Shown here: in pieces, positions 35,014-44,085 of the stretch
How the letters are laid out: each line of letters starts with the position of its first letter
How positions within the stretch are numbered: the first letter of the stretch is position 1
Source: Escherichia phage APECc02
Length of the DNA stretch: 64,000 nt
Sequence record: NC_041869.1
Reading direction: 5' to 3' (one strand)
Position numbers and translations under genes: made by a program
The notes under the pieces: generated by a model
What the model was told of the DNA's origin: nothing
Database searches by the model: none
Seen by the model: only the letters and a program-made list of their open reading frames with translations

Positions 35014-37611
35014 ATGCGTATTCAACATAACATTGATAACGTATTTCAGATGATTGAGGGGCACAGGAAGTGCCTCGATAACAACACAGGTATTACCAAC
35101 ACCCCTACACAAAATAAGCTAGTAAACCCTGATGGTCTTATAGCTGCAGGGTGGGCAGGTAATAAGATAAATAATGATTGGGCAATGCATGAGTCCCAAG
35201 CTGTGTTGATTCTGGGATACATTGAAGCATACAGGGCATCGAAAAGCGATTTCTATCTGGATAGGGCAAAAGATGCTTGGGAAGCTTACAATAGCCATCT
35301 TCTGGGTGCATATGCAGTAGAAAGTAAAATGCAAAGATTGTCCCACTACCCTCTATCCACAGATGGGGTTCCATCACATGGTGGGTTTAAAGATGTGGTG
35401 GTGTCTTTTACCAACGGTAGAGGAAAAATCCCAGCTGGATCTCCGACATGGGGGGAATACCTTGACAAGGCATTCCAAGCGTATAACGGTGTGTTAGGAA
35501 GAAACACTGTAGACTCTGATGTTTACGGTGGCACAGATGCTAACCCAGATTGGACAACATCCGGATTAAGTTGGTGGGTTGAGTGGTACATAGCATGGGA
35601 TGGTAACCGCTATTGGGCTAACGGTAGCATAGCCGACAGTGGTCATACGTCTGTAGAGTTCGGCACAATCCAATTACAAGATAAGGGTGTTACAGGAAGC
35701 CACAAGGTAACCTATTGTGTGAGATTACCTCAAGAGCAAGGTGGATCGGTGATACCTGCAGGATCCCCTGTAATTGTAAATCCCATAAACGTGGTTGCAG
35801 ATAATCAGGCCCCAGAGTTGGACGGGGAAGAAATGTGGTGTGACGCTTGTTATCAACTCTACACCTTGACAGGTGAGGAAAAGTATTACACCGCGTTTAA
35901 ACAGTCTTACAACAAATTGCTTAATTTCAGTGATATAAACGCCTACGACAAACTGTTTAGGAAGACCACGTTGATTAAGGCACCGTTTACAGATGGTACT
36001 TGTCTTGTTGCAGGAACAGTTCCTGTCATGAGCAGGGACAGTGACGGGTATATCAATTTTAGAATGAACGCACGCCAGCCTTGCGAAATAATTCAAAAAG
36101 GGACTACATACAAAATAGGCAGAGATGCTGAAATTGTTATGAATTTCGGAGGAGAAGGGGTTCTGTTCCAGCCACATTTCATCCTTAATGATGGCAACAA
36201 TAACAAAAAACAGTACAGGATAGGGGTTCCTTTTGGAGGGGCAGGGGTAACAGAAATAGTTGCCAAGGTTACTGATTTCGTAGAGGTAGTTGGTAAAGAC
36301 GGTAATCCGTATCTCTTACCTAAAGAGGAAAACATTGCCGTAAGCGGTGGTGCTGGTGTTAGTATGCAGTATGATACCGACATCTACAACCACTCTGACA
36401 ACTTCACCCGTTGTAATATAGCAAGAGGTAAAGTAACTTTCAATTTTGGAAGAGAGATTTCTTTAAACTCAGTAACTTATCGATCAGATGATGAGATGGT
36501 AAGGGTCAAATTTCTTGACAAAGATAGGTGGTTATGGTATGCTGATCTATATGCCACTAATGGACAATGGATAACAGAAACTCTTACTCTAGGAGACTTC
36601 AAACTAGATCCGACACAACCTCATCACACCGAAGAAGAGATTAAACCTTTCTTTGCTAATCCTAAGGGGCTCACCTCTGTAGATTTCAGCCTAAGCGACA
36701 GACAGATAGGTAATGGCTTGTTTGATCTATATTGCGTCAACACACTGCCGCAATTTTATATTGCAGATAGGGATGCTTATCTAATCTGGTTTAGCGTATG
36801 GATGGCAAGCAAGACAGAATCAACCGCTAAGGTTGGCGATTGCTATGTCAGAAACTACAAGCAAGGTGCATACAGGCACACACCAGGTGTGTTCCCTGCC
36901 GGAAAGGTGATAGATAAGGAAAACTATCTCTTAGAGGAAAAGCCAAATTGGCCCTACCCTGGCATGCAATACCCAGCAGTATACTGCATGGGTGCAGAAA
37001 ACATAGATCGCCATAGATTGTCAAATACAATAGGCTTTCTGTATGACGCTCAAGTCTGGTATAATAATACATTTAAGACAGAGGGTCCAGTTGCCTCGCG
37101 TTATGTATGGCAGAGAGGTAATGAAGGGCTGACTGGTTGGTGGGAGATGGTAGATAACTCTAAGCTCCAGTCAAGATCTTTTGTTGCTGCGTGCCGCACA
37201 ATCTATGAGCTCAAGAAACATAAAGAACCTGTTGATGAAAGATTATTCCTGTTCTGCCAGAAATGGGCATGGTTCCTCAACAGATTCCAGTCATCTCATT
37301 CAGGAAATCTACCTACAGACTTTAACACCTCTGGGGGATATTCTTATCAGGACAGAGGAGACAGGATGTGGGTGGTAGGTGAATGGCTTGCAGGTTGCTG
37401 CTGGCTAGGTCTGTGCGGGTATTCAGAGACAATACCTCAAATAGATATTGTTGTAGAGGCCTGTGTGAAGCTACTGCAAAAGCACCACTTCATTAATGGG
37501 GATAATGTTTTAAACGGCTGCTGGGCAGTTTCTGATCCGGTTGGCTATCACTCTGGCGAAATCCTTCGCGGTCTGGGCCTTTATGCTCAATACCGTGGAT
37601 TGTACCTTTAA
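35014..37611 (+). CDS. large hypothetical tail protein
   Basis: 865-aa ORF, Trp/Tyr/Gly-rich, followed by a GC hairpin. Confidence 0.45.
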   Translation: MRIQHNIDNVFQMIEGHRKCLDNNTGITNTPTQNKLVNPDGLIAAGWAGNKINNDWAMHESQAVLILGYIEAYRASKSDFYLDRAKDAWEAYNSHLLGAYAVESKMQRLSHYPLSTDGVPSHGGFKDVVVSFTNGRGKIPAGSPTWGEYLDKAFQAYNGVLGRNTVDSDVYGGTDANPDWTTSGLSWWVEWYIAWDGNRYWANGSIADSGHTSVEFGTIQLQDKGVTGSHKVTYCVRLPQEQGGSVIPAGSPVIVNPINVVADNQAPELDGEEMWCDACYQLYTLTGEEKYYTAFKQSYNKLLNFSDINAYDKLFRKTTLIKAPFTDGTCLVAGTVPVMSRDSDGYINFRMNARQPCEIIQKGTTYKIGRDAEIVMNFGGEGVLFQPHFILNDGNNNKKQYRIGVPFGGAGVTEIVAKVTDFVEVVGKDGNPYLLPKEENIAVSGGAGVSMQYDTDIYNHSDNFTRCNIARGKVTFNFGREISLNSVTYRSDDEMVRVKFLDKDRWLWYADLYATNGQWITETLTLGDFKLDPTQPHHTEEEIKPFFANPKGLTSVDFSLSDRQIGNGLFDLYCVNTLPQFYIADRDAYLIWFSVWMASKTESTAKVGDCYVRNYKQGAYRHTPGVFPAGKVIDKENYLLEEKPNWPYPGMQYPAVYCMGAENIDRHRLSNTIGFLYDAQVWYNNTFKTEGPVASRYVWQRGNEGLTGWWEMVDNSKLQSRSFVAACRTIYELKKHKEPVDERLFLFCQKWAWFLNRFQSSHSGNLPTDFNTSGGYSYQDRGDRMWVVGEWLAGCCWLGLCGYSETIPQIDIVVEACVKLLQKHHFINGDNVLNGCWAVSDPVGYHSGEILRGLGLYAQYRGLYL

Positions 37612-37646
37612 CATAGGGGGCTGTTTGCCCCCTTTCAGGAGAAAGA

Positions 37647-40600
37647 ATGGCTGATATTAAAGTTGTCAGAATCGAATCTCTTCCTGCCACTACCGCAGTG
37701 ACAGAGGATGATTACCTGGTTGTTCAACAACCAGACCTGACCCGTCGTGTAAAAATTGGCGATGTTGTCCATGTGGATGGGACTGTTTCTCATGTAATCT
37801 CCTTTAAGGAAGGTGGTAAGTTAAACGGCCCAATGGATTTTGCCTACTTCGAAGAGGAAGACCTCTACCTGCGTTGGAAAGGCGAATTTCCACACACTGT
37901 TCCTGCACTATCTTCACCGTACTCCGATGGTGGGATTACTGACGCTGCATGGATGGTATATACAGATCCGTCCTTAAGGGAGGAGCTGGAATCTACCATT
38001 GGCGCATCTATGATCATGACAGCCGAAGGGCAGTCTGTCCAGGATGTAATGGATGTTACTGTTCAAACAGCTAACGATGCTAAAGCACTTGCACAGCGTG
38101 TGGATTTTGGTACAGTGCACACTGTAGGTGATGTTATTCACCTTGATAACTTTGTAGGTCCTGCAGTTATTGAAGAGGGAAGAACCACCAACTACCCTTC
38201 TGTAGCAGCTGGTGAAAAATTTCTGAACGGTGTGGTATCTCGTCGTGATACTACAACTGTTGATGGTATTTTCCGTGGCGCTACCTCCGGGGCCATGTAT
38301 ACCATTGCAGTAACCAATGGTGTAGCAACAACAAAAAGAATAGCACTTCGTGATGAATTTAAACGCCTGGAGGCAAACAGCCCAACAAGAACAGTTATCC
38401 GTGCTGGAGATGATTTAAACACGGCAGGGTACTTGCAGCTTGATGCAACAGGCCGCTGGGGTATGTGGAACCAACAAACAGCCTCGTGGCAACCTCTTGC
38501 TATAGAGCAAGGCGGTACAGGAGCCAGGGATGCCGCAGGTGCACGTATTAACTTAGGGGCTTTCTATAAGCAACGTGCAGCCCTTGAGCCAAATTTCAAT
38601 ATCAATAACTTGACTGGTAATCAGGATGGTGTATACTACCAGCCGATGACTGCTTATGCAACCGAGGCAAATGGTTACCCTGCAGGTTCTGGTGCTGGTC
38701 ACTTGATTGTTTGGCAGAACAATGCTAACGGCGGTACAGGTTGTCGTCAGGAATACTATCCATTCTCTAACGTAGATGTTTGGTATTTGAGAACCTATCA
38801 AGCCAACACAAACCAGTGGACTGCATGGCAGCCGATGGTCAGACCTCGTAACGATGATACCTTTAGATCGCACATCGGTCTCGGGTCTAGAAATTCCCCT
38901 ACCTTCGGGCACCTTTACCTGTCTCAAAGTTCTGCTGATGTTAAGTCAGCATCAGGTATTGTTAACGGGGACAAATACAGCGCTGACGGTGTCCTTGAGC
39001 ATGGTTATAGGATCTACTCTGAGGTAAGAAACGACAATAAGGCTTGGTTGACAATCCACCTGCACAAAGGTGCAAAAGGATCTGAAACCCATAGATATTT
39101 AGGTTTCCGCGAAGACGGTGTATTAGACTGCCCTAAATACATGCAGGTTGGGGATCTTACTGGTCAGCTGACAAACTGGGGACTTGGAGAGTGGATACGT
39201 AGTTCAGGAGCAGAAAGAGGCTTCTGGGGATCTAAGAAAGCCGCCAAGATGGTTATCTGGGATGGCGGGATGGACGAATCCGGTAACGGCACTCTGGAAT
39301 GGGGTGTTTATAACAACCGGAAGGCCAAGTGGGAACCTCTACCTCAAGCCGCAGGTGGCACCGGGGCTACAACTCTAGTAGATGCTCAGAATCTGTTCAA
39401 AGTTCCTATAGCAGCAGGTGTGAAAGACTTCTTAACACTGCCAAGAACCGCAGGGATGGAAGATGGGAAATACTACCCGATCATCGTTAGAACAGATCCG
39501 TACTATGCTCCAGCAACTGGTACTGATATTACCATAGTTACCAGATCGTCATCTGGAAATGACCCTATGAACTGTGCTACCTTACAGTGTCACTATAGAA
39601 CTGGTGGTTGGACAGACAGAGGAGACTCTTTCTACGGGGTAGTAAATTTCTACCAGAATGAAAAAGCAATTCTTGGGATGGTTGCTCCAACAAGGGGTAA
39701 ACAAGAATATGTTGCTTTCTATGCAGAGGCGCGTGCTTTCCCTGTCAGCATATACGCAAGTAGAAATGTTGTCGAGGTGTTTACCAGGGAGCAAGATTAC
39801 CAGGTTGGCTCTGTAACAGACAATCAGGACGGTGTTAAGTTCGTTGCACCTCTCCAGTCAGCAGATTTGAATCTTGCTGTTCTTGGAGATAATAATACCA
39901 ACACCAGACCTATTGTTGACTTCAAAGGGACTTCAGGGTTCTACACTGGTGGCGGCACACAGTGGCACTATATAGGCACTGCTGAACGCTATGCTGTGAT
40001 GAGCAAAATGAATATGCCAAAAGTCGAGCTATGGGCAGACGGTCTTGACTATTTGTGCTACGGCAGTCCTAGAAAGGCGTTATTCTCTAATGCAGGCTTC
40101 CAGTGTGCATCAGATGGGACAGAGGATCTGACTAACGGTACGTTTACCTCTAAATGCGGTAATGGTGCTGGTCTCAAAGGTCAGGCAGAGTTCAGATCTA
40201 CTCCAGAGGCTGGTCAAGTTATTGTTCGTGATGTTGTAGGTTCTGCTCACAGATTCTACAACTTCAACAAAGATGGCACTTTCTCAGCTCCTGGTGGTTT
40301 TGTATGCCACACAGGTGCAGACTGGAACAACCAGTTCGGGAATAACAACCCTTCTAAAATAATGGCTGGTAACGTCAACGGACCTGAAGGTTCCATGGTT
40401 GTAGCAGGGTTGTCGGTTGGTTTTTCTGGAAACTACGCTTTCCAGATGGCAGGTCGTTTAGACCAGCTGTATACTCGTTCCATAGAGCAGGGAAACCACA
40501 GAGCGTGGAACAAAGTTATTCAGCACCGTGGTCAAGGGTTGGGAACTAATGACCTTAACGACTACAAGGCAGATCGTGAAGGGATTTACCATCAAGAGGC

Positions 40601-42086
40601 AAATGCCAACGCCACAGCGGAAAGAAATTACCCACCAGGACAGCAGATGGCTGGTACGCTGATCGTTCTTAGAAACTCCGCTAACGAAGGAACAGGTTGT
40701 ATCCAGATATATAAAATGTATCTTGGTGGAACATGGGAAAGGTATTACAATAACCTTGGCAGCGGAATGGCTTGGAGTCCTTGGAAGAGAACAAGCTTCC
40801 CAGAAAACACAACTGCTCCAGTTATGCCTGACTTGTGGTTGCCTTTAACCTCTAACCTAAAACCTGCATTGGGTGAAGGTGAGATGGTCTTCTCCAGACC
40901 TTCCACAGCAACCTATTTCACTAAGCGGGGTGTTATGGCTGTTGCACAAGCAAACCAACCACGTTTTGAAAGAGATGGGTTGCTTATCGAGGGGCAAAGG
41001 ACAAACCTCATGCTCAACAGTGAGGACCCAAGCAAGTGGGGTGCACAGCAAGCGATTACTGTCGGTAGCACTGTAACAAATACTAACGGCACAAAAGGCG
41101 CAAGATTTACAGTAAACACCACATCCGGTGTAGAAACAACAGCGTTAAACCTTGCCACTGTTCCAGCCACTAGGGGTGCCGATGTGACAGGTGCTGAGAA
41201 ATTCTGTACTGGGTCTATTATTGCAAGGGGAGGTAAAGCGAACCAGAGATTACGTGTAAGATTCGACATGTATGACGGATCCACCACAGTATTCCAAGGT
41301 GACGCTTATGTTAACCTGTCAACACTTGAAGTTAAAACAACAGGGGATGCAGCTGGGAGAATTAAAGTAAAAGCTGAGAGATGGCAAACAGCCGGACCTG
41401 CTTGGGTAAGGATTGCCGCTACGTTTGAGGCAGCGGCCTCTGACAAGAATATCGGTTGCCAGTTCCAGATTGCCCCGCCGGAGAGTTCTCAACATGCCGT
41501 AGGGGATTGGGTTGACGTTGCAATACCTCAGTTTGAGTTGGGATCTTGTGAGTCCTCGTTTATCCCTACAGGGTCTTCACCTGTAACCAGGGCGGCAGAT
41601 CTTTGTAAATTTCCAATGACGGATAACCTAGCGCCCAGACCGTTCACTATCGCCGCTACGGTTGATGCCAACTGGAGAGGCTGGGGCAAAGCTCCTAACG
41701 CAGCTCCTAGGGTTATTGATACAGAAGGTCATCAATCCGGTGCTGCATTTATCATGGGGTTTGGCTCTGCAACAAATATTGCAGATGATGGTTATCCATA
41801 CTGCGATATTGGTGGGTCAACCAGACGTGTCTATGAGATGGCTAAAGCGCGTAAATTGAAGATTGGGTTCAGGATAAAAGGGGACGGTAAAACATGCTCT
41901 TTTGCTAATGGATTGGTAAGTACGGAAACACAGTCTTCTTGGGAGTTCCTGGCAGGAGGCGCTTTCCTCCGCATTGGTGGTAAAACGGCGACAGGTGAAA
42001 GACACCTATTTGGTCATATTAAGGACATAAGAGTTTGGAACTCTGCGTTGACAGATACTCAACTCATGATGGGGAGTGTTGAATAA
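37647..42086 (+). CDS. large tail fibre protein
   Basis: 1479 aa; N-terminal anchor shared with 34344-35012; two copies of the fibre collar-like motif (WQPLAIEQGGTGARDAAGARINLG and WEPLPQAAGGTGATTLVDAQNLF); internal duplicated ~70-aa segment. Confidence 0.65.
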   Translation: MADIKVVRIESLPATTAVTEDDYLVVQQPDLTRRVKIGDVVHVDGTVSHVISFKEGGKLNGPMDFAYFEEEDLYLRWKGEFPHTVPALSSPYSDGGITDAAWMVYTDPSLREELESTIGASMIMTAEGQSVQDVMDVTVQTANDAKALAQRVDFGTVHTVGDVIHLDNFVGPAVIEEGRTTNYPSVAAGEKFLNGVVSRRDTTTVDGIFRGATSGAMYTIAVTNGVATTKRIALRDEFKRLEANSPTRTVIRAGDDLNTAGYLQLDATGRWGMWNQQTASWQPLAIEQGGTGARDAAGARINLGAFYKQRAALEPNFNINNLTGNQDGVYYQPMTAYATEANGYPAGSGAGHLIVWQNNANGGTGCRQEYYPFSNVDVWYLRTYQANTNQWTAWQPMVRPRNDDTFRSHIGLGSRNSPTFGHLYLSQSSADVKSASGIVNGDKYSADGVLEHGYRIYSEVRNDNKAWLTIHLHKGAKGSETHRYLGFREDGVLDCPKYMQVGDLTGQLTNWGLGEWIRSSGAERGFWGSKKAAKMVIWDGGMDESGNGTLEWGVYNNRKAKWEPLPQAAGGTGATTLVDAQNLFKVPIAAGVKDFLTLPRTAGMEDGKYYPIIVRTDPYYAPATGTDITIVTRSSSGNDPMNCATLQCHYRTGGWTDRGDSFYGVVNFYQNEKAILGMVAPTRGKQEYVAFYAEARAFPVSIYASRNVVEVFTREQDYQVGSVTDNQDGVKFVAPLQSADLNLAVLGDNNTNTRPIVDFKGTSGFYTGGGTQWHYIGTAERYAVMSKMNMPKVELWADGLDYLCYGSPRKALFSNAGFQCASDGTEDLTNGTFTSKCGNGAGLKGQAEFRSTPEAGQVIVRDVVGSAHRFYNFNKDGTFSAPGGFVCHTGADWNNQFGNNNPSKIMAGNVNGPEGSMVVAGLSVGFSGNYAFQMAGRLDQLYTRSIEQGNHRAWNKVIQHRGQGLGTNDLNDYKADREGIYHQEANANATAERNYPPGQQMAGTLIVLRNSANEGTGCIQIYKMYLGGTWERYYNNLGSGMAWSPWKRTSFPENTTAPVMPDLWLPLTSNLKPALGEGEMVFSRPSTATYFTKRGVMAVAQANQPRFERDGLLIEGQRTNLMLNSEDPSKWGAQQAITVGSTVTNTNGTKGARFTVNTTSGVETTALNLATVPATRGADVTGAEKFCTGSIIARGGKANQRLRVRFDMYDGSTTVFQGDAYVNLSTLEVKTTGDAAGRIKVKAERWQTAGPAWVRIAATFEAAASDKNIGCQFQIAPPESSQHAVGDWVDVAIPQFELGSCESSFIPTGSSPVTRAADLCKFPMTDNLAPRPFTIAATVDANWRGWGKAPNAAPRVIDTEGHQSGAAFIMGFGSATNIADDGYPYCDIGGSTRRVYEMAKARKLKIGFRIKGDGKTCSFANGLVSTETQSSWEFLAGGAFLRIGGKTATGERHLFGHIKDIRVWNSALTDTQLMMGSVE

Positions 42087-42418
42087 TGAATATTTTTACC
42101 CTTGGATTCACTGACAGGGAGGACTTTAACGGTTTCATGGATGAAATCGGCTTTTATGAGAATGAGGTGTTGCAAAACACCCTTCTTGTAGAGGTTGTCG
42201 GGTTCATTTACACAGAGACTGGAGACACTTATGAGGCCGAAGATGAATTTGGCAACATGGTTGTCTACCCGGTTTGCGAGAAAAGTGAATTGTTTTATGT
42301 TAACGTTCTGGCTCTGGACGAGGATGCAGAAAACATCGTCTCTAAAAGCGGAAAAGTTGTAGATCCGATAAGGTTGAACATGTTCGACCCATCAGTATCC
42401 ACCTTGGAAGCACTTTAA
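42086..42418 (+). CDS. hypothetical protein (possible fibre-associated)
   Basis: 110-aa acidic ORF overlapping the fibre stop, followed by a terminator. Confidence 0.4.
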   Translation: MNIFTLGFTDREDFNGFMDEIGFYENEVLQNTLLVEVVGFIYTETGDTYEAEDEFGNMVVYPVCEKSELFYVNVLALDEDAENIVSKSGKVVDPIRLNMFDPSVSTLEAL

Positions 42419-42425
42419 AGTATTG

Positions 42426-42450
42426 CCCTCGCTTCGGCGGGGGTTTTTTG
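42426..42450 (+). terminator. rho-independent terminator
   Basis: ccctcgc-ttcg-gcggggg hairpin plus TTTTTT. Confidence 0.8.
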
Positions 42451-42456
42451 TTTGTA

Positions 42457-42485
42457 TTGCGTATTAACTTAAAATCTGGTAAAAT
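42457..42485 (+). promoter_or_regulatory. putative promoter (TTGCGT-N17-TAAAAT, TGG upstream)
   Basis: Same tggtaaaata -10 context as the other late-region promoters. Confidence 0.45.
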
Positions 42486-42516
42486 AACTATCATAATTGT
42501 TTAACCTGGAGGCATA

Positions 42517-43107
42517 ATGTTTTTATGGGAAAGGCCTAGATACCTTCCAGATATTAGATTAGAGTTGCTGGCAGATATTGTCACGTTTAAAAGTCCGTTT
42601 ACAGGTAAAACGCAAAAAGTAACCTATGCCACGCCTAACTGGAAAGGCACTTTGACGGTCTCCAATATCAGCGAGTCACAGTTACTAGAGCTTAAGAGCT
42701 TTGTTGATCAGGTGTATAAAGATGGGAACATCTTTCTTATTAAAACTTACGGTCACTCGGTAACAGCTAACGAGCCAATCGCCCTTGGGCCTACTGGTAA
42801 CGACGATTTTTTGAAGACTGTTGGGTGGGAGCCAAACAGAGACATAGCCAGAGCCGGGGATAAAATATCTGTCAATGATGAATTGAAAGTGGTAACAGCT
42901 CCAGTGCGTAGCGATGGTGTTGGGTCTGCTGTTATAGGCATATCTCCAAGACTTAGAAAACCTATTGCCGCAGGGGACACCATGAAGATAATAACTCAAT
43001 CTCCGAAGGGTAGGTTTCATATCAGAGATATTTATAAAATTAAGCAAAAAGTCGATGCTATGCAAAAAGGTGATAATATAGTTATCAACTTCTTTGAGGA
43101 TTTCTAA
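42517..43107 (+). CDS. hypothetical distal tail protein
   Basis: 196-aa ORF, first of four tightly overlapping genes before the 1199-aa protein. Confidence 0.4.
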   Translation: MFLWERPRYLPDIRLELLADIVTFKSPFTGKTQKVTYATPNWKGTLTVSNISESQLLELKSFVDQVYKDGNIFLIKTYGHSVTANEPIALGPTGNDDFLKTVGWEPNRDIARAGDKISVNDELKVVTAPVRSDGVGSAVIGISPRLRKPIAAGDTMKIITQSPKGRFHIRDIYKIKQKVDAMQKGDNIVINFFEDF

Positions 43108-43660
43108 GATGATCAGAGCGCCATTAGATAATTTATTTCTTGAAAAGCTGGAGCTTGATGGTGTTGAGATCTTAATTGCTGCAAAGCTGGAGCTACCGAC
43201 AGGAACTGTCAGGGTGTGCTCAGGCACTGGTGTTGTAGTAATTGAGGGGCAACATTTTATAGGGATAGGTGGATCAGCAACATTAACCGCTGTGTCTGAG
43301 AAAGATGCCACCAACTTCGGATCTGTGGTAGCGACATTGAACGGGTTTGATCCTAAGTATGTGGGTGATCTGCTAAAGACTGAGTATTCTGGTTGTCGTG
43401 CCACGTTGTACATTACCGCTATGGAGAATGGTCTGCCTGTTACAACTAATGGCTTGTTTGACGGCCTTATAACAGATATGGCTATTCAGACAGGTGAGAA
43501 TAGCGCTTTGTCCATATCCATCTCTTCCATCTTTAACAGTTGGTTAAGAGGTTTTCCTTATCGGTACACGGAGGAAAGCCACAGCTCAAGAAACGATAAT
43601 GACAGATTTTTTAAATATGTGGATCAGGTGGCGAGCCGCCCGATCATTTGGGAGGTTTAA
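43094..43660 (+). CDS. hypothetical distal tail protein
   Basis: 188-aa ORF overlapping both neighbours. Confidence 0.4.
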   Translation: MRISKMIRAPLDNLFLEKLELDGVEILIAAKLELPTGTVRVCSGTGVVVIEGQHFIGIGGSATLTAVSEKDATNFGSVVATLNGFDPKYVGDLLKTEYSGCRATLYITAMENGLPVTTNGLFDGLITDMAIQTGENSALSISISSIFNSWLRGFPYRYTEESHSSRNDNDRFFKYVDQVASRPIIWEV

Positions 43661-44085
43661 TGAGCACACACCCTCGTTTAGTGGATTGGCAAGAAAGATT
43701 GTGGAAAGTGTTTGACGAAGAGGCCACCATACCTTTTGAATGGGGATTCCACGATTGTTGCACCTTTGCAGCTAAGTGTGTTGATGCCCAATACGGAACA
43801 GATTTTCTTTCTAACTTCGAAGGAACGTATAAAACAGAGTTGGAAAGCAAAAGATGGTGCATGCTTCGTTTCAAAACTACACACCTGCCTACTATTTTTG
43901 ATCTCTTTATGACTCGACTGGATACTCCTAAACAGGTTCAGCGTGGCGATATTGTTATTTTCGAAGGTCTGAACGGGCTCACCGCTGGTGTGTTCTGGAA
44001 CAACCAGATTTGGGCGAAAGGTGATAAAGGGGTCTTTATGTTCGACATGAAAGATTCTATCGTTGTTGATGTCTGGAGGTATTAA
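43660..44085 (+). CDS. hypothetical protein, possible NlpC/P60-like cysteine peptidase
   Basis: ATG at 43660 with GGGAGG RBS; FHDCCTFAAKC could carry a papain-like catalytic Cys. Weak. Confidence 0.35.
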   Translation: MSTHPRLVDWQERLWKVFDEEATIPFEWGFHDCCTFAAKCVDAQYGTDFLSNFEGTYKTELESKRWCMLRFKTTHLPTIFDLFMTRLDTPKQVQRGDIVIFEGLNGLTAGVFWNNQIWAKGDKGVFMFDMKDSIVVDVWRY

